Notes under the pieces: model-generated
The model's input: only the letters and a program-made list of their open reading frames with translations
What the model was told of the DNA's origin: nothing
The model's database searches: none
Assembly (NCBI GenBank): GCA_963796875.1
Contig: CAWCNL010000004.1
Location: forward strand, 203,397 to 267,396
DNA: 64,000 nucleotides
DNA from: an uncultured Actinomycetes bacterium
Lineage (GTDB): Bacteria > Actinomycetota > Thermoleophilia > Gaiellales > JAICJC01
Reading direction: 5' to 3'
Program-made: the position numbers and the translations under genes
Shown here: in pieces, positions 47,847 through 57,335 of the stretch
How positions within the stretch are numbered: position 1 is the first letter of the stretch
How the letters are laid out: each line of letters opens with the position of its first letter

Positions 47847-48344
47847 CTATCCCGCCGAGTTGAAGTGGCTCGTGCCGAATGAGACCGATGTCTTCGGTAC
47901 GCCCCAGGGACAACGCGATGGGGTCACTGCCACCGTACCCGAGTCAGTGCCCGGTTCCGTCGCCTGAACGATCTTCCACACCAGGTGGTGAACGCCCTTG
48001 CCGCCGACCACCCACCGTTGACCCGGCTGAAGCGTCCTCTTCGACGGTGTGCCTCCGTTGATCGCGACCGACACAACCTCCGTCGCTGTGTTCGGATCGG
48101 CGAGGAACGCCGAGGCGAAACCCTTGGGCGGCACGCATTTGGTAGACACCGTCCCGAGGCTTCTCAACGAGACCAGCGGAATCCACGCACTGATCTTGAT
48201 CACTGGCGCGGTTGACGTCACTGGAACCGCCGACGTGCTGCTGCCCGAAGACGAGCTCGGAACCGTGGTAGTCACGGTTGCGGTGGTGGCGCCTGCACAA
48301 CCGGCGACAACGCACGAGATGAGGACGATCGGGATGAGTCTCAT
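47847..48344 (-). CDS. Lipoprotein, hypothetical (165 aa)
   Basis: MRLIPIVLISCVVAGCAGATT lipobox, then a Thr/Ser-rich linker. A small hairpin CACCGA-N6-TCGGTG sits just downstream (about 47820-47837). Confidence 0.65.
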   Translation of the reverse strand: MRLIPIVLISCVVAGCAGATTATVTTTVPSSSSGSSTSAVPVTSTAPVIKISAWIPLVSLRSLGTVSTKCVPPKGFASAFLADPNTATEVVSVAINGGTPSKRTLQPGQRWVVGGKGVHHLVWKIVQATEPGTDSGTVAVTPSRCPWGVPKTSVSFGTSHFNSAG

Positions 48345-48508
48345 ATGACCACTACGCGCTGAGCGGCCGTCTGCGTCTCGTCGCGCACTCGCCGCGTCGC
48401 CGTCTGCTGAGCTAATCGACATAGACTGAGAGTAGATCCGCAGAACGCCCCGGTTATTATTTTCGCCTCGGACGACGCGGCTGTCCGGCCCGAGCCGCAA
48501 CCCTCGGG

Positions 48509-48667
48509 CAAGGCTCAGCCTTCGCCTGCCACTGCCTCAGAACCAGCCGTAACACCAGGCCAAGCTTCAGCCATCACCCGCCACCGCCCCCGAACCAGCC
48601 GCAACGCCAGGTCAACGCCCAGCCGTCGCCCCGCGACCCACACCGGACACCGTCGGTCGGCAACACC
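48509..48667 (-). repeat. R49 repeat, three tandem copies in reverse orientation (third degenerate)
   Basis: caagcttcagccatcacccgccaccgcccccgaaccagccgcaacgcc is the best copy (48561-48608). Confidence 0.85.
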
Positions 48668-48854
48668 TGCCTCAAGGCTGGATCTCGGAATGTCGATGCC
48701 GATGCAGGCTGGACCGATCACCTACCGAAGGTATGGATCGTGGGTGGCTCACCGAGCCGGCAAGCGGAGGGACTGTGATCAGCGTGACGGGCGCGTCGGC
48801 CCAAATGGTCATCCGACCAGGGTCGAAGCCGATAGGCGTGGAAGGACGAGACAC

Positions 48855-49346
48855 TTGAGCGAGTCTTTGAGTGACACGACGGTTTATGTTCGCCTGCTCA
48901 ACGAAGATGTGGAGGTCTGGAGACCGGTCAGGGCAGAGCTGCTCGGTCGCGGGTGCTTCCGGATCAACCCGAGTGAGCCGTATGATCGAGACTTGGAGGA
49001 GTGGGAGTTCGCTCCCGGCCAAACGGTGTACGCTCGCCCAACGGCGCTCGCCGACGGTGAGGCACTCACGGCCGTCTCCCCGGCTGATCCGTTCGCCATC
49101 GAGCTGAACGAGCTCACTGACCTATGCGGAACGCTTCTGACTGACGATGATCGCTGGGCTGCGCACCGATTGATCGATCACGGTGAGGGAGGCGAGGTCC
49201 TAACCGTGCTGGCAGCCGCGATCGCTCGTGCCCACCCTCGTGTCGAGCCCAATACCAAAATCGCTCGCTCGGAAGGTTCTCCGACGTGGAACGGGACTGG
49301 TACCAGACGGCGACTGGCCAGTCGGCTTTGTCGCCATCGCAAGTGA
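48855..49346 (+). CDS. Hypothetical small cytoplasmic protein (immunity-protein-like two-module layout)
   Basis: TTG 48855 after GGAAGGA. SESLSDTTVYVRLLNEDVEVWRPVRAELLGRGCFRINPSEPYDRDLEEWEFAPGQTVYAR. No family recognised with confidence. Confidence 0.5.
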   Translation: MSESLSDTTVYVRLLNEDVEVWRPVRAELLGRGCFRINPSEPYDRDLEEWEFAPGQTVYARPTALADGEALTAVSPADPFAIELNELTDLCGTLLTDDDRWAAHRLIDHGEGGEVLTVLAAAIARAHPRVEPNTKIARSEGSPTWNGTGTRRRLASRLCRHRK

Positions 49347-49357
49347 TTGACTGCTCA

Positions 49358-49409
49358 GGGCAACGCTCGGCCATCGGCTGCTACCGCCCCCCGAACTACC
49401 CGCGAGGCG
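49358..49409 (-). repeat. R49 repeat, single reverse-orientation copy
   Basis: gggcaacgctcggccatcggctgctaccgccccccgaactacccgcgaggcg. Confidence 0.8.
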
Positions 49410-49514
49410 ACCCTGCTTGCTACCCCCGCCGTGCGGATCACCACGCCCGGCGCTGGACGCTACTACCCTCGTAGCGTCTGGCGCAGGGCCTCACGATCTA
49501 CACGTCCAGGGTAG

Positions 49515-49829
49515 TTAGCCGCCAGCCGTCTGCCAGGTGAACGTTCGGCAAGTGACCGCCAACCGCTGGTCGCTCTCTTCCTCGTCCCAGTTGAGGAACT
49601 TGAACCGCCGCAGGGGCGGGACGTGCTCCTGCTCCGCCAGCGCGAAGAGCAGCATCCCTACTGGATCGTTGGATTCGATCGAGTCCACGCCCTCGAAACG
49701 ACACCGGAAGTGATCCCCTGCCGCCCCCTCAACATCCACATCAAGCGACTCGCCTGCAACTCGCACTGCGGTGATCCGGCCATCGTGAAAGCTCCAGTGA
49801 CCTGCGTATGACACAGTTCGTCCGCTCAT
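49515..49829 (-). CDS. Hypothetical small protein (104 aa)
   Basis: ORF track. Good codon bias. MSGRTVSYAGHWSFHDGRITAVRVAGESLDVDVEG... Confidence 0.55.
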   Translation of the reverse strand: MSGRTVSYAGHWSFHDGRITAVRVAGESLDVDVEGAAGDHFRCRFEGVDSIESNDPVGMLLFALAEQEHVPPLRRFKFLNWDEEESDQRLAVTCRTFTWQTAGG

Positions 49830-49922
49830 CAGTCAGGCTTGTATCGACACCGCGCCGACCGCCTTGAATCAAACGTGTTTCCGACAGGCCACGCTGCCCG
49901 ACCCTGGCTGAGGGTTGCCCGT

Positions 49923-50038
49923 CTGTTGCGGCTGGTTCGGGGGCGGTGGCAGGCGATGGCCGAACATTGAGCTGACGTTGTGGTCGGTTCGGGGGCGGTG
50001 GCAGGCGATGGTTCGACCGTGGCCTGACGTTGTCGGCT
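49923..50038 (+). repeat. R49 repeat, two tandem copies plus a partial third
   Basis: ctgttgcggctggttcgggggcggtggcaggcgatggccgaacattgagc; gacgttgtggtcggttcgggggcggtggcaggcgatggttcgaccgtggcc; gacgttgtcggct. Confidence 0.9.
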
Positions 50039-50041
50039 CAG

Positions 50042-50203
50042 TCAGAAGCTAGCGGCGACTTCGGCCAAGAGCTTCGAGATCACTTCGTCATCGAGCCCAG
50101 GCGGATCGAGCCGTACGTTCCAGGCGTACTGGAGAAGCGGGTCGTCTCCAGGTGTGTACTGCCAATCGATGATGATCTTGCCGCTTTGAGGCTGAGAATC
50201 CAT
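50042..50203 (-). CDS. Very small hypothetical protein (53 aa)
   Basis: MDSQPQSGKIIIDWQYTPGDDPLLQYAWNVRLDPPGLDDEVISKLLAEVAASF (tail of the spurious long ORF 50042..50806). Confidence 0.35.
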   Translation of the reverse strand: MDSQPQSGKIIIDWQYTPGDDPLLQYAWNVRLDPPGLDDEVISKLLAEVAASF

Positions 50204-50256
50204 CCACGCAGGGTATTCGGATTCGCGGACACCGTCGAGCGCTTCGAGATTTGACT

Positions 50257-50355
50257 GTGCATTGGGGCTGGTTCGAGGGGCGGTGGCAGGCGATCGGCCG
50301 AGCGTTGACCAGGCGTACCAGGCGGTGAGGGGCGGCGGCAGATGTCCATCGACGC
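50257..50355 (+). repeat. R49 repeat, one good and one degenerate copy
   Basis: gtgcattggggctggttcgaggggcggtggcaggcgatcggccgagcgttgacc, then aggcgtaccaggcggtgaggggcggcggcagatgtccatcgacg. Confidence 0.85.
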
Positions 50356-50417
50356 CTGCCTCCCACAGCTTGAGATCCGCCGACTCGGTGCCCAACGAAG
50401 AATGTAACCGTTGCCCT

Positions 50418-50466
50418 AAGTTGCGGCTGGTTCGGGGGCGTGGCAGGCGAGGGCCGAACCTGAGCC
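50418..50466 (+). repeat. R49 repeat, single copy
   Basis: aagttgcggctggttcgggggcgtggcaggcgagggccgaacctgagcc. Confidence 0.9.
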
Positions 50467-50508
50467 TAGGGTTGACTACGAGGTACCCGGCAATACGATG
50501 AGGGAGAT

Positions 50509-50640
50509 ATGACTGCCGGTGTACGTGCATTCGGGCGACGCTTCGTGAGCGACCAAGCCTTCCGGATGGCCGTGATCGGCGCGGTTGGCCTGGTCGCGTT
50601 CCTGTTTCTCGTCGTGAGCAGCGTGATCCAGAGCCTTTGA
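50509..50640 (+). CDS. Tiny single-TM protein (43 aa)
   Basis: AGGGAG RBS. MTAGVRAFGRRFVSDQAFRMAVIGAVGLVAFLFLVVSSVIQSL*. Confidence 0.4.
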   Translation: MTAGVRAFGRRFVSDQAFRMAVIGAVGLVAFLFLVVSSVIQSL

Positions 50641-50665
50641 TGGCACCGCGTCGAACGTTGAGGTG

Positions 50666-50713
50666 GTGTTGCGGCTGGTTCGGGGGCGGTGGCAGACCAG
50701 AGCCGCGGTGACG
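50666..50713 (+). repeat. R49 repeat, single copy
   Basis: gtgttgcggctggttcgggggcggtggcagaccagagccgcggtgacg. Confidence 0.9.
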
Positions 50714-50721
50714 ACCCGGCC

Positions 50722-50847
50722 CTAGCTTCGCCTGAGCGAACGGGCGGCCAGCGTAAGAACAACCGCGACGATCGCGACCAAGACCAGCAGGATCAGGACG
50801 ATCCACGCCTGGCTGGTCGAGATGGCGGTCAACATCAAAGGAAGCAT
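50722..50847 (-). CDS. Tiny single-TM protein (41 aa)
   Basis: MLPLMLTAISTSQAWIVLILLVLVAIVAVVLTLAARSLRRS*. Confidence 0.35.
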   Translation of the reverse strand: MLPLMLTAISTSQAWIVLILLVLVAIVAVVLTLAARSLRRS

Positions 50848-50882
50848 ACGCCGGGCCGACGGGGAGATCCAGCGTTGCCCTG

Positions 50883-50995
50883 GCGCGTTGCGGCTGTGTC
50901 GGGAGCGGCGGCGGATCGACACCGAGCGTTACGGTGGCGCGATGAAACAGGTCGGCGGCGGGTTCGGGGGCGGTGGCAGGCCGAAGCTGAACGTC
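50883..50995 (+). repeat. R49 repeat, two tandem diverged copies
   Basis: gcgcgttgcggctgtgtcgggagcggcggcggatcgacaccgagcgttacgg; caggtcggcggcgggttcgggggcggtggcaggccgaagctgaacgtc. Confidence 0.8.
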
Positions 50996-51034
50996 TCGGG
51001 GAACCAGGGCTGGAGCGGTAACGTCTAAGAGAGC

Positions 51035-51442
51035 GTGATGACACGGATCATCATCGCGATCTGCTTCGCCTTACTGTGTACAGTGGCCACGGTTGGCTGC
51101 GGCGGTGGAGGATCGCCGTGCACCGACTGCACGGCCCCAAGCGGAGCGACAGTAACGGGCACGGTGTTGGTGAGAACCCCGGCTGGTGGCGCGAAGCTCG
51201 TTCCACACGCCCGACTTCGAATCCACGGCTTCGCCAGCGGCACTAACCGCGCGATCAAAGCGCACTTCCGCACCGGCGATCACGGAGGATTCAGCTTTGG
51301 ACTGGGGCCCGGCCATTACACGCTGATCGCCATTACGGGGCGTCACGGTTCGCAAGCGAAAGAAACCTTCGCGGTCGCCGACTCTCTCGCGACTGTCCAT
51401 CTCCGAATTGTGGGCACAGTTCCGCCTACCACTGAGCTCTGA
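51035..51442 (+). CDS. Lipoprotein with CarboxypepD_reg/PEGA-like beta-sandwich
   Basis: MMTRIIIAICFALLCTVATVGCGGGG lipobox. GTVLVRTPAGG...GPGHYTLIAI. Confidence 0.6.
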   Translation: MMTRIIIAICFALLCTVATVGCGGGGSPCTDCTAPSGATVTGTVLVRTPAGGAKLVPHARLRIHGFASGTNRAIKAHFRTGDHGGFSFGLGPGHYTLIAITGRHGSQAKETFAVADSLATVHLRIVGTVPPTTEL

Positions 51443-51446
51443 TCTA

Positions 51447-51498
51447 GAGCGTTGCGGCTGGTTCGGGGGCGGTGGCAGGCGATGGCCGAGCGTCGACC
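51447..51498 (+). repeat. R49 repeat, near-consensus copy
   Basis: gagcgttgcggctggttcgggggcggtggcaggcgatggccgagcgtcgacc. Confidence 0.95.
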
Positions 51499-51521
51499 GG
51501 GTGTGTAGCTGGGTTCCCGTG

Positions 51522-51716
51522 CTACCAGGGACGCTGCCAGGAGCCGTCGCGCCGCAGGAACTGCAGGACAGGCACCGCCACGACCCCGATGGCGCAGACC
51601 TTGATCAGCAGCAGGATCGTGGTGCCGTGGCCGCCAGCGGTCACGTACCCCAGTACGTAGGCCAGTAGAAAGCCAACCAGTGACGCAGCGATCCGGAGTG
51701 CTCTGTCGATCTTCAC
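51522..51716 (-). CDS. Small two-TM membrane protein (64 aa)
   Basis: MKIDRALRIAASLVGFLLAYVLGYVTAGGHGTTILLLIKVCAIGVVAVPVLQF. Confidence 0.5.
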   Translation of the reverse strand: MKIDRALRIAASLVGFLLAYVLGYVTAGGHGTTILLLIKVCAIGVVAVPVLQFLRRDGSWQRPW

Positions 51717-51792
51717 AGCTCGATCTTACCGCCAGCTGTGCCCGATGGGAAGACGACATCCCGGAGAGTGTTTCGAGCCCGCGCTGACCTCA

Positions 51793-52323
51793 TCATCTGC
51801 AGATGACGGTGCGGGGTTGCTCGTGGGCGGGTCGGACGACGACCACCATTCCGAGGTGGGTCGGTGACCAGCGTCGGGTGGCCCAGCCGCTTCCCTCGCC
51901 GCCTCCCGGAGCGCCGTACACCGCGTGATTGAGCGCCGAGCAGTTCTCCAGCTGCGGGCCGTCGAGGCCGGTCGGCTGCAGGAACCAGGAGCAAACGAAC
52001 GGCGCGAACCCTGCGATGCCACAGCCGAGGGTCAGCCGACACGCCGCCGCGAGTCCGCGGCGATGCCAGACGACACCGATCGCAAGCATCATCGCGACAA
52101 CGATCGCGGAGATAACCAGGGCATCAATGAGGGCACCGTGCGTGTCAGCTTCGATGAGCTTGCGGTTCGCGAGATAGGCGTTGGCCCGCCAGAAGTCGGC
52201 TCGGGCGATGTAGATGTGCCACAGCACTGTCACCCAGAAACCCCACCCGATCAGAAACGCGCCGATCACAAACACGAGCCATCTGCGGCTGGGTGCTGGT
52301 ACGGCGAGCGTCGTGGCTGTCAC
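51793..52323 (-). CDS. Membrane protein, hypothetical (176 aa)
   Basis: Several hydrophobic helices (WLVFVIGAFLIGWGFWVTVLW; ALVISAIVVAMMLAIGVVW). Confidence 0.55.
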   Translation of the reverse strand: MTATTLAVPAPSRRWLVFVIGAFLIGWGFWVTVLWHIYIARADFWRANAYLANRKLIEADTHGALIDALVISAIVVAMMLAIGVVWHRRGLAAACRLTLGCGIAGFAPFVCSWFLQPTGLDGPQLENCSALNHAVYGAPGGGEGSGWATRRWSPTHLGMVVVVRPAHEQPRTVICR

Positions 52324-52565
52324 GGTGTTCTGGTCTCCAGTCGGTCGGTCGGGCGATCGTCACCAGCGGGCATCGCCGGCTCCCTCGATTGCCTGCACAA
52401 CCATGATCGGCAGTCACTCGTGAATGACTTACCCCTGGATGAGCGTTGACTCCGGGCGAGCGGGGTCGCACCGATCTGTGTCGTCGCGGTCCGGCGGCGG
52501 CAAGTGCGTTCCGACTACCGAGACCTCTGCCGCGGACTCGAGAGTGACCTACGCGCTGGCGGCGA

Positions 52566-55500
52566 TCAGTTGCTCGGCTTCGCGCTGATAGGCAATAGCT
52601 CCGGTCCGGTCGGCAAAGCTGAGGACGGCTGCGACATGGTCGGCAGCGTCAGCTGGCCGGCCTTGCTCGGCGGCCTGGCGGGCGGCGAGGAGGTGGGCGT
52701 CTGCGGCGAGCGGATGGCTTCCGATTGTGGTGTAGCGTCTGCGGCTTCGGCGTAGCGCGCTTCGGCGGTGAGGAGGAGCGCCTCACGCCAGCGGACGATC
52801 TCGGGGAGCTGGAGCGCCGCATTGCGGATGTCATCGTGGCGGTTTGTCTCGGCGAGGATGGGAGCGATTTCGCACACGTGACATCACCGGGCACCTCCCG
52901 CGGTAGCGTTCTCGTTGAAGCGGGTGAGGAGGCGATCGCACGCGTCCACGCTGGCTTGATGATCGCCCAAGATGTGGGCGCAACGGGCTTGCAGCGCAAG
53001 GCCCATGTAGAGGAAGTCATCGTTCTCGGCGCCTTCGCTGTACAGAACGACGGCTGCGGCCGCCTCTGAAGCGCCGGTGGTGTCTCCCCGGCCAAGGTCG
53101 AGGTGCCGCACGACAAACCGCGATGTGGTGATAGTCGAAGGGGCTGGTGTCGGAGGAGGCAGCTAGTGCGAGGAGTTGGTCGGCGGTGTCCCAGTCGGCG
53201 AGGTGATACGCCTGGTAGGCGCGTTCGCTGGCGATCCAGGTCATGTATGACGGGAGGGCGAAGCTGCGTCGCCCACTCCGCGGCATTCGCAAAGGCAGCG
53301 TCTGCAGCGCTCAGATCGCCGAGGCCCTGCGACGTGTCTGCCAGGTTGCCATATGCGGCGGCGGTTCGTGGATGCGCGTGCTCGGCGAGCGTTTCTGCTG
53401 CTTCCTGCATGTCGGCCACACCGTCGTAGTCACCGAGGTCAACGCGGGCACAGCCGCGCCAGATCAGGAGCAGAGCTCGGCCGATCACCAAGCCGGCCTT
53501 CTCGGCCAGGGGGATCATGTGGTTGACCAGCGCGAGAGCCTCGGCTTGCTCGCCGTGGGAAACCATGCCGAACGCCTGGTCATACTGCGATCATGCACAT
53601 CGTGTCGCTAGGGGGTACCCGAGCGGCGTACTCCGCCGCCGCTCGTCAGGTGCAGTAGACCGCTCTCTCCGTCAGCTCCTGACTCCTGGTACCACCGGCC
53701 CAGCATCCGCTCGATCTGGGCGGCCGCGTCCCAATCCTCCACGGTGAGTTGGGCTCGAATCGCAGCTTCCAGGAGTTCGGGCGTTGCGGTCTCGCCGTCG
53801 AAGAGCGCGTTCGCATGGCCCAGCAGCAGCGCCGCTCGTTGCCGATCGTCCTGCGGCGGGGCGAGGGCCAGCGCTGCCTCGAAGTACCGTGCCGCTGCGA
53901 GATGGGCATGCGTCGCTGCTGCCTGGTTGGCAGCCTCGGTGAACGCGGCAAGCGCGCGTGGCGCGATTTCGTCGATCGGCTCTCCCATCGCCTCACGCAG
54001 CGACAGCGCCTGACTGTAGTGGTCTGCAAGCAGCTCAGCCTTGTCGTCGCGGCCCGCGGCGAGCTGTTCGATCCACCGTGCTGCGGCTTCGTGTTTCTGG
54101 GCTCGGTCGGCGCGGCGGATCTGGCTGTAGGCGACCTCTCGGGTGAGTGCGTGGCCGAACTGGAACTCGGTCTCGCCCTCGATCGAGCTGCGCCTGACCC
54201 GCTGCACGAGCTGTTTTCGCTCCAGGCGCGTGCAGTAGCTCTTCGGCTTGCCACGTGCTGCGTTCGGTGAGCGCGCAGACGGCGCCGATCCACGCAGTCT
54301 TGCCGACCACCGCGGCGTCTTGCAGTAGCGCCTTCTCCTCGGCCGAGAGCGTGTCGAGCCGCGCTGCGATGATGCCCTTGAGCGACTCGGGCAGGCCGCC
54401 GACGTCGCCGGTCAGCGTCCATCCACCGGCGCGCGTGAACAAGCACCCCGCGGTCCTGCAGCATCCGCACGTACTCCTGCACGTACAGCGGATTACCCCC
54501 CGCCTGGGCGAGCAGCGGCTGTTGCACCTCTGCGGGAAGCAGACCCTGGTCGAGCAGGCCGCCGACCAGCCGCGCGGTGTCTTCGTCGGAGAGCGGCGTG
54601 AGCGAGATCGTCGTTGCGTTCGTCTTGCCGCCGGCCCAGCCTGGCCGCCGCTCGAGGAGCTCTGGCCGTGCTGTGCATGCGATCAACAACGGTACGGCAC
54701 CGGCGCGATCGGCGACCAGGTCGATGAAATCCAGCAGCGCCGTCATCCGCCCAGTGGATATCCTCGAACACGAGCACCGTGGGGCCCTGCTCGGCCAACG
54801 CCTCGACGAACCTGCGCCACGCAGCGAACGCCTCTACCCGGCCGCCGTCGCCGCCGCTCGGCGCGGCATCCAGCCCGACCAGCGGACGCAGATGCCGCGC
54901 CAGCCAGACCCGATCGCGTTCGTCGAGCGTGACCGCCGCGACCGCCTCCGTGAGTTTCTGTTGCGCTACATCGGCAGAGTCGGACTCGAGGATTCCCGCC
55001 TGGGCTTTGACCATCTCACCCAGCGCCCAGAACGCGATCCCCTCTCCGTAGGAGAGCGACCGGCCCCGTCGCCATGTGATCAGTTCGGGGAGCTCGCTCC
55101 ACATGGGCGTAGAGCTCTTCCACCAGCCGCGACTTGCCGATTCCCGGCTCGCCGATCACCGAGACCAGCTGCGTGGATCGCTCCCGCCGCGATCGATCCA
55201 ACACCGCTCGCAACATGTCTGACTCGGCCTCGCGGCCTACCAACGGCAGCTGGTCGCGCTGCTGCTCGGGAACCACCGACACCGGATCCACCGCTACCCA
55301 CACAGCCACCGGCGTGGCCTTGCCTTTCGCGTCGACCGGCTCGGCCTCCGCGTAGCGAATAGCCCGGCTGGTGGCACTGATACGTCCACTCGTCCACCAG
55401 CACCCGGTCGGTCGGTGCGGCAGCCTCCAGCCGCGCCGCGGTGTTCACCACATCGCCGATCGCATCGGGATGCCCATCGGCGGGGAGCGTCATCAAAGCC

Positions 55501-55913
55501 TCCCCCGTCGTGATCCCAACCCGCACATGCAACCCCGTGCCCAGCCCGACCGACGCGCTCGCAGATGCGAGGCCACAGCGGACGGCTCGCTCCGGGATCG
55601 TCCTCGCGCGTTGTCGATCGCACCAAACAACGCCATCACGCCGTCGCCGGTGAACTTCGCCACCAACCCACCCGTGCGCTCGACCTCCTCTCGCAGGACC
55701 GCGAAATACGGATCGAGGAACCCCTCCACATCCTCGACATCCAAGCGTCTCAGACCGCCGCGTAAACCCGGCCAGGTCGGCAAACAGCATTGTGACGATT
55801 CGCCGCTCACGGCGCTCTGCCGCCGCGAGAGTCTCAAGCGGCGCGCCACAGGCCCCACAGAACCGGAACCCCTCAGGATTCTCCGTCCCACACTGCGAAC
55901 AGACCGGCATCAC
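52566..55913 (-). pseudogene. Third zinc-ribbon / cyclase / STAND / TPR paralog (C), decayed by many frame breaks
   Basis: N-terminus MMPVCSQCGTENPEGFRFCGACG...RIVTMLFADLAGFTRRSETL (ORF 55080..55913). Further pieces are scattered over ORFs 55493..55891, 55016..55309, 54493..55104, 53646..54746, 54035..54442, 53608..54207, 52649..53566 and 52566..52877, all colinear with paralog A. Confidence 0.85.
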
Positions 55914-56043
55914 CCAAGTCTACGGAGAATCCGTCACAAGTGCACAGACGTTCGCCGATGAACACCCTCGAACTCTCATCCCTCCCGGGGATCCGCTCTA
56001 CCCGGGTGCCCACCCCCGATGCGCCGGCGTCCTGCGAGGGTGG

Positions 56044-56093
56044 GCGTCGATGGGCTCGGTTCGGGGGGTGGCAGGCGATGGCCGAGCGTTGCC
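56044..56093 (+). repeat. R49 repeat, single copy
   Basis: gcgtcgatgggctcggttcggggggtggcaggcgatggccgagcgttgcc. Confidence 0.85.
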
Positions 56094-56115
56094 GCTCGTC
56101 GCGAAAGGGGACGTT

Positions 56116-57177
56116 TTACGCTGTGCGTGCGCGGCGTCGTCGGATGAGTGCCACGATGCCTGCGGCTACGGCGAGTGTGGCGATACCCGCAGCGCCGAGT
56201 GCCCAGGTCGCGCCCTCGTCGTTTGGTGCAGAAGGTGCCGGTGGGAGGGCGGTGATTGTGACCGGGCCGCCGCTCGATGCGATCCGGTTCCGAGCGAATA
56301 GCGTGAACCTGACCCTTCCTCGTCGGTTGACCTTGACCTGTACCGTGCCCCTGGAGGTTCGGGCTACTGCTGCGATGCGTTTGGCCGCTGGGATCACGCT
56401 GACGCCGTCGAAGTCGGAAGCCTTGACGATCACGTCCTTGAGTGGCAGCGGGTTGAGATTGTGGATCGTGTACGGCACGGTGACGGTGTCTCCCATGTGC
56501 ACGCTGCCAAGATCGCGAGTGGACACGCGAAGGTCGAGTGGTTCGGGTACGAGCTTCGTCGCCAAGACGACGACCTTGGGTGCAGTGACGCTGGCAAGGC
56601 GGATATCGTCGATCTCCTGGACGCTCATCTTGAGGATGTTGACGCCTCGCCGAACGGCGCTCAGGGAGGGGAAGTTTGCGACCGGGACGGTGAACATCGT
56701 TGAGTGCTCGACGTGCTCGGTGTAGCCGCGCACGATGTCGAGGGTGTTCCAGTCAATCCTCTGCCCGGCCCGGTCGCGCTGGAATACCTCGATCTGTCCC
56801 CAGGTGTGGCCGTTTGACCCGATGCCGATCACTGCTTCACCCGGGCCAGAGTCTGGCGCGAGCCTGACCTGGATATCGGTCGCCATAATCCACCAGCCTG
56901 GGTGGGGTCGGTGGATCGTGTTGGAGAGCCGATAGGGCAGCCGGGCGAGACGGTAGTCACGCTCGCCAGCGCCGACGGTGATCGGCCCGGATGCTCCGAC
57001 CGGCGTCGCAACGCCGTTGCCCAGCTCGTTCTGAAACGCCTTACTCACCTCGGGCGGTAAAGGCGTGTCGGAGTCCGACCCGAGCGCGGTTCCCCCACCA
57101 CAGGCCAGCGCCATCGCCGTTGCGCCAACGGAGACAAACGTCCGTCGCCGCCTGACCCTGGTAGCTTCAGTCCGCAC
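56116..57177 (-). CDS. Cell-surface protein: lipoprotein-type signal, beta-rich body, C-terminal TM anchor with Arg-rich tail
   Basis: GTG 57177: VRTEATRVRRRRTFVSVGATAMALACGGG. C-terminus WALGAAGIATLAVAAGIVALIRRRRARTA*. Confidence 0.6.
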   Translation of the reverse strand: MRTEATRVRRRRTFVSVGATAMALACGGGTALGSDSDTPLPPEVSKAFQNELGNGVATPVGASGPITVGAGERDYRLARLPYRLSNTIHRPHPGWWIMATDIQVRLAPDSGPGEAVIGIGSNGHTWGQIEVFQRDRAGQRIDWNTLDIVRGYTEHVEHSTMFTVPVANFPSLSAVRRGVNILKMSVQEIDDIRLASVTAPKVVVLATKLVPEPLDLRVSTRDLGSVHMGDTVTVPYTIHNLNPLPLKDVIVKASDFDGVSVIPAAKRIAAVARTSRGTVQVKVNRRGRVRFTLFARNRIASSGGPVTITALPPAPSAPNDEGATWALGAAGIATLAVAAGIVALIRRRRARTA

Positions 57178-57190
57178 CGCGAGAACATAG

Positions 57191-57271
57191 CCTGGTGGTC
57201 GGTTGGCAGTCGGACGAAAACCCGGCCCGGCGTTGCGACTGCGGCAGAGACTCTGCCGTGGCGGTGTCAAG
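57191..57271 (+). repeat. R49 repeat, degenerate copies
   Basis: cctggtggtcggttggcagtcggacg and ggcgttgcgactgcggcagagactctgccgtggcggtgtcaag. Confidence 0.5.
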
Positions 57272-57335
57272 TACGTTCGAGTACGCGCCGATGAGTGATC
57301 GATGAGTCAACTACAACGAATCGTCGGGTAGCCTG

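Noticed and set aside
47671-51498. Could the R49 repeats be a CRISPR array?
   Set aside because: There is no regular repeat-spacer periodicity. Units are either directly tandem with no spacer or separated by whole genes of 130-1100 bp. Repeat copies are diverged rather than near-identical. No cas genes are present in the window.
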